A stretch of DNA of 64,000 nucleotides from Sporopachydermia quercuum (lineage: Eukaryota): NCBI GenBank assembly GCA_001599295.1, contig BCGN01000006.1, positions 1,240,001 through 1,304,000 on the forward strand. Direction: 5' to 3'. The notes below the pieces were generated by a model, which saw only the letters and a program-made list of their open reading frames with translations, did no database searches and was not told the origin of the DNA. Of this stretch, positions 1 through 10,842 are shown piece by piece. Every line of letters begins with the position of its first letter. Position 1 is the first letter of the stretch. A program made the position numbers and the translations under genes.

Positions 1-654
1 GTTTGTTCTTTTCAATCTAGTATATCCTATTCAGGACACTAGATTTACATCTTAAATAGAGGAAGAGAGTTGAATATAACAATGAAAGCAATTGTAGAGG
101 ATAGATATCCTGGAGCATACATTATTCTATTGAAATACCTATATACTTGCAAGAATACTGCTTGATACAAACTCCAGTGAAATATCACCATAAACTTCTT
201 GCAGAAATGTAATCTTTCGATTAGAAGGCTTCTCTACTTCCCTCACTGAAACTGCGTCTGTTTTATAGGCCAACTCTAATATTGAGAACCAACTTTAAAT
301 GCACAGTTTCGCTGCCTAAGAAANAAAACAACCCAAATCGTCTTTGATTCGTTAGTTGACTTATTGACTTATCAACTAGTTAGGACCANACTAAAATCTG
401 TTAAATTTTGACCAGCAATGTAGCAAAAACATGAGAATTTCATTTATGTTTTTTCTTCATAAATGCAGTGAGCTCCGGCTGTACGAAGTAGTTATTGTTT
501 TATCTTTGATGTCGAAAACAAGTGAATGTTCCAAAGAGATGAGGAAATCCAATTGACAACAATGATGTATTAGAATTGATTTGTTCAAACGAAAGATAAG
601 AGGTAATTCGTTAATGGAGACATTTATCTATACATATTTGATTCTNNTGTCACA

Positions 655-3600
655 ATGAGCTCGAGCGGTCTATCAGAAGATGACTCTTTCAATTTCTACA
701 CAGCATCCAACCCTGGATCTGTATCAACGGAACCGACGGACCCAAAAACATCATCAAACCTCAATAGCAGCAATAACGATAGAAATCGACACTATAGAAG
801 ACGTAGCGTTCTCAGGAAACCTTCAACCAGCTACTCCCAAAATCAAAGCTCACTCAGCAGTCAAGGACTTGGTATTAGAAGGAAGTCATCTGTATCATTT
901 GCCTATCCCGTGGAGAACACCTATAATACAAACAAAAGACGTACCAACAAGGATACAGATAAAGAAGGTGAAGAATTTCCATATCCAACTGAGTCTGTTA
1001 CTGATTTCGATCAAGTAGATCTAACGGAGCCATCAGAATCACCAGTAGATTTTTCTAAACCTTTTCTAGAAGGAAACAAGGAAGATGTTAATTCAGGTTN
1101 CTTTGGTAACCCGTTTGATGACCCTGAAGAGGCTGATTTGGGAACCATATGGAGTCCTGACAGGGGTGAGTTTACTGAAATCCCTGAAGGTAATGCAGAT
1201 TCTATATTTAGAGACAACAGTGGAAAGAGCACAGGTTCTGGTTTTCTAAGGGCAACCGGAAACAGAAATCTTTCAATTGGCTCAGGGTACAGCCCTATCT
1301 CTTCGTCATATATTGAACTGATTACGCTCAAATGGTTAGAATCAGTCAGGAAGCAACCCTCTGGCCTTAGCGGTAGAAGTAGTGTAGCTGATAAAGTGGA
1401 CGTAGAAACAGATTCAAGGGCTAGTGTTAACACCAAAAGTACCTTCAATACCTCTACATCAATCTGGAATACAACGGAACCAGAAGAGTATGAGCTTCGG
1501 GAAATCCCACCACTTGAACCTCTTTCATCAACTGAACTAAGATCCAATAGTATTGGGAAGTCACTATATACAATTATTCCCCATATAGAAACTTTGGATT
1601 CTACAGGAGACAATTCAGCAGATCAACAATACCGACAACGTCAGTATTCATCATTTGATATCAACAAAGTATTGTATGGAAATACATTGTTCGTTTTCTC
1701 ACCAATGAACAAACTGCGAAGGTGGATGTGTCAAAAGTTCATCGGAAGGCCTCCTTACAATTCAAAGCGTATAAGAGACAATTTATGGAATAGCAACACA
1801 GCACTAACGCTATTTCAACTTCTTGTATTACTAGTAAGGCAAAACATAGTGCCTGTGATGTTATTTGATCAAGACAATATTACGTTTACTAACTACATGA
1901 TGTATGATCTGTTCAATGCTTTGTTCTTCTCATTCTTTACAGTAGAAGCTATCGTGCGAAGTATTCTTTTTGGTTTCATCAGAGATGAGTTCTCACCTCC
2001 TCCTGAATTACTGGCACTCTCAGAGACTACTGATCATCGAAGAGCTGTAGCTGAAAGTAAATATTTTAGAGCTTTTTTGAAAACACCATGGCATAGACTT
2101 GAAATGATTTGTATACTTTCATTCTGGATCATGTTTATACTAGAGTTGGGCTCTTACCACCAAGTAGGTTACCGTGATTCTGAAATATTTATGGGAATTG
2201 CTTTGCTCAGGGTTCTTTCAAGTTTACGAATAGTAAAACTGCTGGATGTGTTCAAGAACGATAGAATTATTTTTAAATGTATTGAGTTTTCCGTTAGGCT
2301 TGGCAAGCCTATGGCGGTGTTCATTATTTTCTTTCTTATTGCTTACGGAAACTTGGGTTTATCTTTCTTTAACTCATCGTTAAGAAGACATTGTTACTAC
2401 CCAGATATAAATCGAGTGAATTACCAACAGTACTGTGGCAGCAGTCTTACTTCAGATTTGAGTACAGCACCTTTTTTTGATGCCAATGATGAAATAGGTG
2501 TAGCCAAAGGGTTTGCCTGTCCTGTGAATGCTACTTGTAATGAATACGATGAAGGAAATCCTAATGGGGGCACCTTAAGCTATGATAATCTGATTACATC
2601 TTTACAAGCAACATATTTTTTGTTTGGCGGTGCATTTTTCAAATTTCATCTTCCTTTACTTGCTGCTGAAGGTGGTGTAGTAACTTTGTATTTTTTGTTT
2701 GGTGCTATTCTGCTGGCTTACTGGATTAATAACATCTTGCTTGGATTCATCATCTCTTCTCTCAAAACCGCCTCTTCTTACTATGGGATCGATAACTCCA
2801 ATGATGAATCAGTTCAGCGCCTATTTGACGATCTTCAAACGCTTAGGAGACAACATGGTCCTAAGAACAAAAGGGCAAATAGAATATACTTCCTGCTACT
2901 AGATTACATTGATCCGGCCATTATTTTACTGGAGTTCTTAATATTAATTGGATTCTCCTTTGCGCAAGATTATCTGGTATTTTATTACATCTTGTTCTCA
3001 TTTTCTTTGGTCTTCTGTGTTGAAATCGCCGTTCGTATGTATCTTTTCTACCCTGATCTCCGTCATTTTCTATTTAAAACATCAAATGGTAATCCTTTCG
3101 AGGGAAAGTACGCTTGGTCGAGCTCCATGCAGTTGAAGGATTACCAAGTGCGTAATATTTTTGATACCGTTTTAGCAATTGGTTGTTTAGTGACATCTCT
3201 GGTGATTATGTCAGTAAACATTACACAAGTATACCAGTTCTTTTCTGTGCTACATTTCATTCGATTTTATCACGTGGCCATTGCAGTTCCTTACACAAGA
3301 AGATTATGGCACAGAATTGTTGGAAATGGGAAAATGCTTTTCCACATTGCATTTTTCTTTTTCTTCTTAGTTGTATTTTCATCATTGGCGGGCTCCTGCC
3401 TGTTAGAACAATACCATTATCCCAAAGGAACCAAGAACGAATACTATGAGTCGAAGACGTTTTCATTCTCCAATGCGTTTTTCACATTTTACGAGATAGC
3501 AATATCTGTTGCATGGGATGATTGGACGTATATCCTGGAATCAACTCCAGTAAGTATTTGGTACATGCTTATAGTAGCATTGTTGGTGACGCTATGGATG

Positions 3601-6600
3601 ATAATTGCTTTTTACTTTGTATTGAACATTTTTCTGGCGGCTATTTGTGAAAATATGGACCCAACAGAAAATCAGCGGCTAGAAGGAGAAATAAACACTT
3701 TTGTTAATAATAGGATCAAAGAGCAAATTCAAGCATTGCTTATGTTAGGAAATGATGGAAGCGGGTATGGTGACAGTTTGGAATTTTTTGATAACTTGAA
3801 GAATAGATTGTTTCAGAATAGCATACAAAGAATGAGATCCTTTTACACTTATATTGTTCCTAGCGACCTTGAATATAATGAGTTCATACATGGAATTGTT
3901 GCAGAAACTGGAAGGAAAAGAAGAACTAGTGACCGTCAAAGCTGGTTAAGCAGCACAGGTGAAAGCAACGAATTTGTCACTAAAAGAAGGTTCAAATGGG
4001 GTACAAAATTTAGAGACAAGTGCCAAGATAGTTGGAATAAATTGTATATTTATTATGCTTGTTTCTTGAGCAGTAGACGAAGCCTAAGGATTGGTTCCAA
4101 GCTTTCAAATGAAGAAATCGCCAAGAAAATAGCTGACACGCTTGACGACGAAGCAAATAAGAAAACGAGATATCAAAACACTTTAGTTGAAGAGCATCCT
4201 CGCATAAACTATAACTTCTTTCTTATGAATGAAGAGAATGTCATTAGAAAGTGGTGTCAGAGGGTTGTTCCGTGTTCTTATGGCAGGCGTATTAATGGAG
4301 TGAATCCCGAGCCAAAATACTACTATTCTTATGTTATATTTATGTTTTTGGCAACTTTAGGCTTGGTTGTGTTTGCATGGATAGCAACACCAATGAAACA
4401 AAAAGCCTTAATTGATTCTATAAGAGCTATTAGGAGTGAAAATAGGGAATTATTATTAACAGCTAAAAGGGAAGCTATTGGTAATTATACAACTTTCTAT
4501 GAAGTGGATCTTGAACCTCTACCTCTCAATTGGATTACTGTTGTAAATGCTATATTTTCAGTAGTCTTCACACTTGAATTTATTATCAAGATTTTGGCTG
4601 ATGGAGTTATACTGTCACCAAATGGTTACTTTTTATCGCCATGGAATTGTATTGAATTTGTTGTTGTTTTATCTCTTTGGCTTGAACTTGGAGCTAGTTT
4701 GACTAATGATGGTGATCTTACGAGAAGAGTACGCGGTCTGAAAGCTCTTAGAGCTTTGAACTTTTTGACACTAAGCTCAAGGTCAAAGAAAACATTTGAA
4801 GATGTAACTCACGCAGGATTATATAAATTGATCAGAGCAGTATCTGTTGTAATTACATTTATGATACCTTTTTGTTTATGGGGTATCATGATGTTTTCCA
4901 ATGATTTGGTTACCTGTACTGATGATGATAGATCAGTTGAGTTATGCTACGATGAGTACACAGCAGATGGTGACTTTGGATCATACCGTACCTCCAGAAT
5001 AATTCAAACCTATGAATGGAGTTTTAATAATTTCACTTCCGCTTTCAAAACTTTGCTTGAACTGGCTACATTAGAAGGATTTGATGATTTTATTATTCTG
5101 CTTCGATCAATATCTGAAGGAACTGCCGAAGAAATTGTAAACATTCTATTTGCTATCTTCTATAGTTTCTTGAGCATTGCGTTTATTCAAAATTTATTCA
5201 TTGCCGTTGTAATCGATAATTACAGAAGACGCACCGGCAGTATATTTTTGACTGAAAAACATCATTTCTGGAATTATACGAAAATGATGCTTGAAAATTT
5301 GCGACCTCATTTCACACGAGAGAGTAAAAAGAACGTAAAAAAGAAAGGAATTTTTGGTAGACTATTTGGCAGAAACAAGATAAAGAATTACATTCAAAGA
5401 CTTGTCATGGAACGACGAATTATGTTTAATAGAATAATATCTGTCGGATTGGTGTTTATCTTTATTGCTATGGCTTTATTTTTCTATCCATTCTTGGATA
5501 CAATAATATTAATTAGGACAGTTTTTGCAGCAGCAGCAGGCTTCTATTTTATGGCTTTGTCATTAATATTGGTTTATGGACTGGGAATTAAACAATTTGC
5601 AAAACAATGGTGGAATATTTATATGCTTTTTGTTAGCGCCGGCCAAATAACTGCTTCGTTGGTGTTACCATTTACCAGTAATAGTAGTAATCTATATGTT
5701 GGCCATATATTTGAAACGCTATTTTTGATTTTGGGACTTATGATATGTTTCAGAATCAGTGAGAGTCTAAATCGATTATTAATTATTGCTTCAAGATGTA
5801 TTGGTGATATTCTCACCGTTCTCTTTGCTTGGTTTGTTGTATATGTTGTATTTGCAGTTGCGATGAATCAAACATTTGGCCTTACCAAGTTGGGAACAGA
5901 AACCACAGAATTTTATAACCTCAGAACAGTCAGAGGGGCTTTGACTGTTCTGTTTCAAATGTCATTTGGCGATAAATGGTACACAATTATGTCAGAATAC
6001 GCGTTAGAGTTTCCTTACTGCAATAGTAGCAAAGTTCCATATGGAAGTGACTGTGGAAGTAAATCCTTGTCGTACCTGCTATTTATTTCATGGAACCTTG
6101 TGTCTATGTTTATCTTTGCAAATATTCTCATTACATTGGTAGTCGAAAAATTTCAATATGTCACTAATCATCAAGAGTTCAGCAGAATCATCGATCCTGA
6201 CAGTATTTTGAATTTTCAAAAAACATGGTCATATTTTGACAAAGAAGCCACCGGGTATATTAGCCGTACCGACCTATTTTCATTTTTGAGATCTTTGAAG
6301 GGTGCATTTTCTATTCAAGAAGCATCTGGAGAATATAAAGAATTGGTGAGTGGTGTGATTGAAGATACTTTTGGTGATATTTTGGACTTGAAATCATTTG
6401 ATTTATATGCAGTATTATGCAATAGAATCATCTGCCAAACGGAATATGAGGAGAAGTTGCGGTTTGGAAAAATACTAAAGAATCCAAGCAAGAGACTGAT
6501 GAAGCATCGGCCAACAGCTACAGAGGAATTACCCTTTAGTGATGATGGGCCAGGGAAGCTTTATTTGAAGGTTCCTTTCAAACTGGCACTGCTTTCATGT

Positions 6601-6873
6601 GCATACTTCATACATTTTGGATCTCAGAACCTGACTCTAGATGAATACTGCATAGAGAACTATCTTGATTTTAAGGCCAAAGCTAGAATTCTCCAAGCAA
6701 AGAAAAATTTGAGAAAGATTCATTTTCTTAAGTTAAGGTTACTGTTTCGCATATACATGAAGTCTGATGATCCTGCAAAGAAGAAAAGCATTAGTGAACG
6801 TATTTTGGCTACAAGTGAGCTTGAGCGAGAAGAGCTGATGGCATACTCTTGCATGATAGATTTCGACTTTTGA
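655..6873 (+). CDS. CCH1: Fungal four-repeat voltage-gated-type Ca2+ channel alpha subunit (Cch1 family), divergent pore
   Basis: 2072-aa single ORF with four 6-TM repeats, S4-like basic helices (LRVLSSLRIVKLL, RRVRGLKALRAL), Cch1-type Cys-rich loops (QQYCGS..KGFACPVNATC, SDCGS) and a C-terminal EF-hand-like segment (WSYFDKEATGYIS). Confidence 0.9.
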   Translation: MSSSGLSEDDSFNFYTASNPGSVSTEPTDPKTSSNLNSSNNDRNRHYRRRSVLRKPSTSYSQNQSSLSSQGLGIRRKSSVSFAYPVENTYNTNKRRTNKDTDKEGEEFPYPTESVTDFDQVDLTEPSESPVDFSKPFLEGNKEDVNSGXFGNPFDDPEEADLGTIWSPDRGEFTEIPEGNADSIFRDNSGKSTGSGFLRATGNRNLSIGSGYSPISSSYIELITLKWLESVRKQPSGLSGRSSVADKVDVETDSRASVNTKSTFNTSTSIWNTTEPEEYELREIPPLEPLSSTELRSNSIGKSLYTIIPHIETLDSTGDNSADQQYRQRQYSSFDINKVLYGNTLFVFSPMNKLRRWMCQKFIGRPPYNSKRIRDNLWNSNTALTLFQLLVLLVRQNIVPVMLFDQDNITFTNYMMYDLFNALFFSFFTVEAIVRSILFGFIRDEFSPPPELLALSETTDHRRAVAESKYFRAFLKTPWHRLEMICILSFWIMFILELGSYHQVGYRDSEIFMGIALLRVLSSLRIVKLLDVFKNDRIIFKCIEFSVRLGKPMAVFIIFFLIAYGNLGLSFFNSSLRRHCYYPDINRVNYQQYCGSSLTSDLSTAPFFDANDEIGVAKGFACPVNATCNEYDEGNPNGGTLSYDNLITSLQATYFLFGGAFFKFHLPLLAAEGGVVTLYFLFGAILLAYWINNILLGFIISSLKTASSYYGIDNSNDESVQRLFDDLQTLRRQHGPKNKRANRIYFLLLDYIDPAIILLEFLILIGFSFAQDYLVFYYILFSFSLVFCVEIAVRMYLFYPDLRHFLFKTSNGNPFEGKYAWSSSMQLKDYQVRNIFDTVLAIGCLVTSLVIMSVNITQVYQFFSVLHFIRFYHVAIAVPYTRRLWHRIVGNGKMLFHIAFFFFFLVVFSSLAGSCLLEQYHYPKGTKNEYYESKTFSFSNAFFTFYEIAISVAWDDWTYILESTPVSIWYMLIVALLVTLWMIIAFYFVLNIFLAAICENMDPTENQRLEGEINTFVNNRIKEQIQALLMLGNDGSGYGDSLEFFDNLKNRLFQNSIQRMRSFYTYIVPSDLEYNEFIHGIVAETGRKRRTSDRQSWLSSTGESNEFVTKRRFKWGTKFRDKCQDSWNKLYIYYACFLSSRRSLRIGSKLSNEEIAKKIADTLDDEANKKTRYQNTLVEEHPRINYNFFLMNEENVIRKWCQRVVPCSYGRRINGVNPEPKYYYSYVIFMFLATLGLVVFAWIATPMKQKALIDSIRAIRSENRELLLTAKREAIGNYTTFYEVDLEPLPLNWITVVNAIFSVVFTLEFIIKILADGVILSPNGYFLSPWNCIEFVVVLSLWLELGASLTNDGDLTRRVRGLKALRALNFLTLSSRSKKTFEDVTHAGLYKLIRAVSVVITFMIPFCLWGIMMFSNDLVTCTDDDRSVELCYDEYTADGDFGSYRTSRIIQTYEWSFNNFTSAFKTLLELATLEGFDDFIILLRSISEGTAEEIVNILFAIFYSFLSIAFIQNLFIAVVIDNYRRRTGSIFLTEKHHFWNYTKMMLENLRPHFTRESKKNVKKKGIFGRLFGRNKIKNYIQRLVMERRIMFNRIISVGLVFIFIAMALFFYPFLDTIILIRTVFAAAAGFYFMALSLILVYGLGIKQFAKQWWNIYMLFVSAGQITASLVLPFTSNSSNLYVGHIFETLFLILGLMICFRISESLNRLLIIASRCIGDILTVLFAWFVVYVVFAVAMNQTFGLTKLGTETTEFYNLRTVRGALTVLFQMSFGDKWYTIMSEYALEFPYCNSSKVPYGSDCGSKSLSYLLFISWNLVSMFIFANILITLVVEKFQYVTNHQEFSRIIDPDSILNFQKTWSYFDKEATGYISRTDLFSFLRSLKGAFSIQEASGEYKELVSGVIEDTFGDILDLKSFDLYAVLCNRIICQTEYEEKLRFGKILKNPSKRLMKHRPTATEELPFSDDGPGKLYLKVPFKLALLSCAYFIHFGSQNLTLDEYCIENYLDFKAKARILQAKKNLRKIHFLKLRLLFRIYMKSDDPAKKKSISERILATSELEREELMAYSCMIDFDF

Positions 6874-7714
6874 NAATATACTGAAACACGACGGTGGCCA
6901 GGCTTCGTTTGATAAAGCAATGAACATGGTTTAACTGTCATTGTGATGGATTTCGTGATTCTTTGAAAATTAAAGAATAACTTTGGCTTGAAATTAAGGT
7001 TGTTATTCAGTAACAAACTAGGAAGTTGAAGATGCTAGATATCTAAATTCGAATAAGGTTCTGGTCCAGGTTGCCCTTCTTTTGTTGTTGCTTCATATAA
7101 TGGTAAGCTTTTTATTTGATTATCAATAAAAAAATTCTGTTTCGTTTAAGGGAGATAAGCTGTGTTCTGATAGATAGAGTATAATGAACAAAAANTGCTT
7201 GAAAGATGATACAATTCGAATAGAACAGGTATAGGTACTTCGTGATCCAAAAATATTGCAAGGATTTCAAAGTTTCTTCTGCATATTTACTTGCATCCTG
7301 CCAAACTCAATTTACTAGTTTCAGTCAAATTATCAAGAGGCGACTGAACTGAGTTGAAGGCTGTGCAAGAAAGTCAATATCAACCATTATTCATGTGTTT
7401 AATATTAAATAATAATATATTTCCTTGTTTATTCTGCTGGTGGTTCAGTTTGCTTTTATTCTCCGTTTCAAGATAATTAATTATATTTCTCTAAAACGTA
7501 GAAACTGCGCTCTTGAATATAACCTGTTATTGGACAGTGGTCAAATACTTTAAGCGAACTTCCTTTTCTCAGGTGAAGCTTTATTGGTTTCATTTTTTTC
7601 CATTCTTCTTGTTCCTCTTAACCAATCAACATATTATTAATTACCGTGGAAAAGGCTTTTTAGAGATGAGTAGCACTTATACAATATGACAGGTCATCTG
7701 TTGAGAATGGGAGA

Positions 7715-9575
7715 ATGGTTCACAAAATAGTTGAAACTCACTCTGAATTAAGACAATTGTAAGTGAATTAGTAGAGGTCTTCATATTCAGCCCCGCGGAA
7801 CAATGGGTATCAGATAGGAATATCAACAACTAACAGAATGCTGCAGTTTAAATGATAATGGAGAATTTGATTTTCAGAACCCTCAAGCTATTATTGAATT
7901 AACAAAATGCACTCTTCTTGATGATTTTGATATTCGAGTTGAACTTGATGTAAACAAACTGTGTCCAAGAGTATGTTGATAGAATTATGAGGTACAATCG
8001 CTCTAAGCATTGATGGAAAGTAGAGCTATTCAGCAAGATTGGTATTTCTATCCTTTTTTTTCCTTTTGAAGTTATAATGATNGCTAACATAAAAAACTTT
8101 CATATAAGAATAGGTTTCAAATCGTGTGAGTTATATTGATTATATTATTAGAGTATTAGAAACACTGTACCATCATGATATACTTCAGGAGGATGATGGA
8201 GAATACAACTACGACGTCCAAAGAGGATATCTAGTAGATATACATAGAAAGAGTCAGCTAGGAATTGATATGTAAGTTCTGAAGAATAGCGTTTGCCGCA
8301 TACAAGGTCTGTTTTCACTGACGCAAAGTATTCAATGTATTAACATGAATACCAGAGGAACGGGTCATTCGTGCATATATCCTTTGATTGCATGCTCGAT
8401 GTTGAAACATTTGAGGATGTATGCAACAGAGATTGATCAACAATCCGTGAAAACGGCACGGAAAAACGTCAATATAAATCCCCAACTAAAAGATAGAATC
8501 CAGATCATTGAAAAACATAGCAAAGATAAAAAGTTCGACATAGGGATAAACGAAAGGTATGTCGACTAATTTGTTCCATGATTGATATCTTATTAGGGAT
8601 GGTTTGGTCTAAGCTAACACTTAGGTAGTATTGACTTCACTCTTTGCAATCCTCCATTCTATTCTTCGTTTGAAGAATTGAAACAACTAGAAAACGAGAA
8701 ATCGACTCCAAAAAGCTCAGTTTTGAATGCGAGTAATTCCGAACTATTCACTGAAGGAGGTGAGGTGAGGTTTGTAATTGACCTTATTGACGATAGCATC
8801 AATCTACCATCTCATATCAAGCAGAATACTTGGTTCACAAGTCTTATTGGCAGGTTCAATTCGTTATCACGAATAGCAGAATACCTGCAGGAGAAACATG
8901 TAAGCATAGCTTTTCCATTATCCTGTTATATTTAGCATGTTTTATTCTGAACCCAACTTCCATTCCAAGTAATATACTAACAGCTTGGTTCCGTAGATTT
9001 ATAACTATATACTAGACCAACTTCACTGTGAAGGTAAAACTAAAAGGTGGATTGTTGGTTGGTCGTTCTCATTTTTTCACCCGCAGTTTAAACCAGTCAG
9101 ATCAATATCACTAGGGAAATTTCAACCTTATATTACATTTAGAGAGCAGGAGGTTCCTCTTCCGGTAGATGTCTTGGAATCATTGCTCGATAAACAGTTA
9201 ATCGGCCTATCTGATGGCAGTATAGACAGAATAGGGAAAATTTGCTTCGTTATCAAAACCAATGGAAACGTCTGGTCACGCAAGTATAGGAGAATGCTGG
9301 CTCGCAAGGCAGAAGAACAAGCAAAAGCATCGGTACACTCCAATAATGATGCCTATGAGAATCCAACAAAAAAACTGAGACTAACAGATGCTTCTAAGCA
9401 AAAAGTATTATTCATTGCCAGAATCACTATAAGTTCTTTGGTAGGGGATAGAGATTCCAGTAGATTGACAATTCATTGGGTNTATGGATCAGAATTCCAA
9501 ATGTTCGACAGCTTTGCTACTTGGGTTTCTAAAGCTTTGATGAATCGAGCTTTGGATAAAAATGAAGGGAATTAA
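7715..9575 (+). CDS. METTL16: METTL16/Mtl16-like U6 snRNA m6A methyltransferase (6 exons)
   Basis: Manual splice: exons 7715-7758, 7847-7970, 8114-8271, 8356-8556, 8629-8899, 8997-9575, all GT-AG with branch points. Product contains KLCPRVSNR, GIDIGTGHSCIYP (SAM binding), catalytic CNPPFY, TEGGEVRF, WFTSLIG and GKTKRWIVGWSF. Start codon tentative. Confidence 0.88.
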
Positions 9576-9579
9576 TATC

Positions 9580-10266
9580 TTATAGTTTCTGTAAATAGCC
9601 TTGTTGAATCAATCGTTGAACATCTGATTGCCTGACAAAGAATTGACTATTTTTAGTTAAATTGAATACCCTATAGAAAGCTGTTAGAATGATGTTTTCA
9701 ATGAGAAATAAATAGCATCAATAGGTATCAAATAGTCTATAAATGAGTACAAATAAGTAAACGTACCCATATTCTGTCTGGATTTCACCAGCATCTTTCA
9801 GCACACGAACATCTATGAAAACATCCTTCGGTGGCTCTAAAGACCCAGATAAGTCAATATCAGTGAAAGGTCCTTTATACTCAGCAACAAGATCGTTATA
9901 TCTTCTCATATATTCTTGTTCAGCAACGCTTAAATTATTGGCAGCTTCCCCAACTTCTGCCAAATCATTGTTTCCCTCCCAAGCCATACCAACCATTCTA
10001 TCTGCCCTTGATTTCTGATATGCTAGTAGGCATCGCTTGTTTCTTCTCATACATAAATGCAATATGAACAATCTACAGGATGCAGCTCTGTTTTCTGAAC
10101 CAGCTTCTTCTTCAAAGTTCATTTGTTCTGCTGTTGCCTCCTGATTCAATTCATTCATTTCTCTAACAACAGCCCTAACAAGCTCTTCTTGATAAGGCGG
10201 GAGGTTATCAAGCGCCTGGGCTCTTTTGGCGTTAGCGATAAGCTTGTTAGCTGTATCACCATACAT
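9580..10266 (-). CDS. PSF1: GINS complex subunit Psf1
   Basis: Exon 1 10266-9767, intron GTACGT..TTCTAAC..TAG 9766-9671, exon 2 9670-9580. Motifs MYGD, RRNKRCLLAY, PPKDVFIDVRVLKDAGEIQTEYG|VFNLTKNSQFFVRQSDVQRLIQQGYLQKL. Confidence 0.95.
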
Positions 10267-10441
10267 ATTGAGAAACTACCAACTTTGAGCAGAAAACTGG
10301 TTGCAATTAGCTTTCTTAGATTTTAAATTGAGTAGTCCGTATTAATAAGATGAGCAGAATACCATCAGACGATTTGCATTTGGTAGAGTATAAGTTATTA
10401 TTATTGACATATGGTCATTGCTCCTTTGACTTNTTTGAAGA

Positions 10442-10447
10442 ACGCGT
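10442..10447. promoter_or_regulatory. MCB-type element (ACGCGT) in divergent PSF1/WPL1 promoter
   Basis: Exact ACGCGT between two replication/cohesion genes; MBF control of G1/S genes is established in yeasts, function here inferred. Confidence 0.5.
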
Positions 10448-10842
10448 AAAATTGAATTGAAGCAGCATGTGACCGATAGCTGCTTGATATGGTAAGCAAT
10501 ACCTAACGCACATCATTTTATCCGGGAAATGCTGAACTAAAATAATAAGCAAGACATAATATCCGAAATATCTCCAAACATCCGTTAGGTCATCAAACGT
10601 GTTTATGATTTCATTTGTTATTATGATCAACATCAATTATATCTAGCATTTGTGATTTCTAAACTTGTAAACTTGTTCAAATAGTGATAGATCCTTCTTC
10701 GTGACTGTCAATTTCTTATTATTATCGGGGAATACTTGTAAAGATATAGCTATTTAGTTGTATTACTATTTTGTTTGGGGCCCTACTTTCGCCAATATCT
10801 AATCTTGTTTCTGTCTGGATTTCATCCAATGTTTACTTCATA

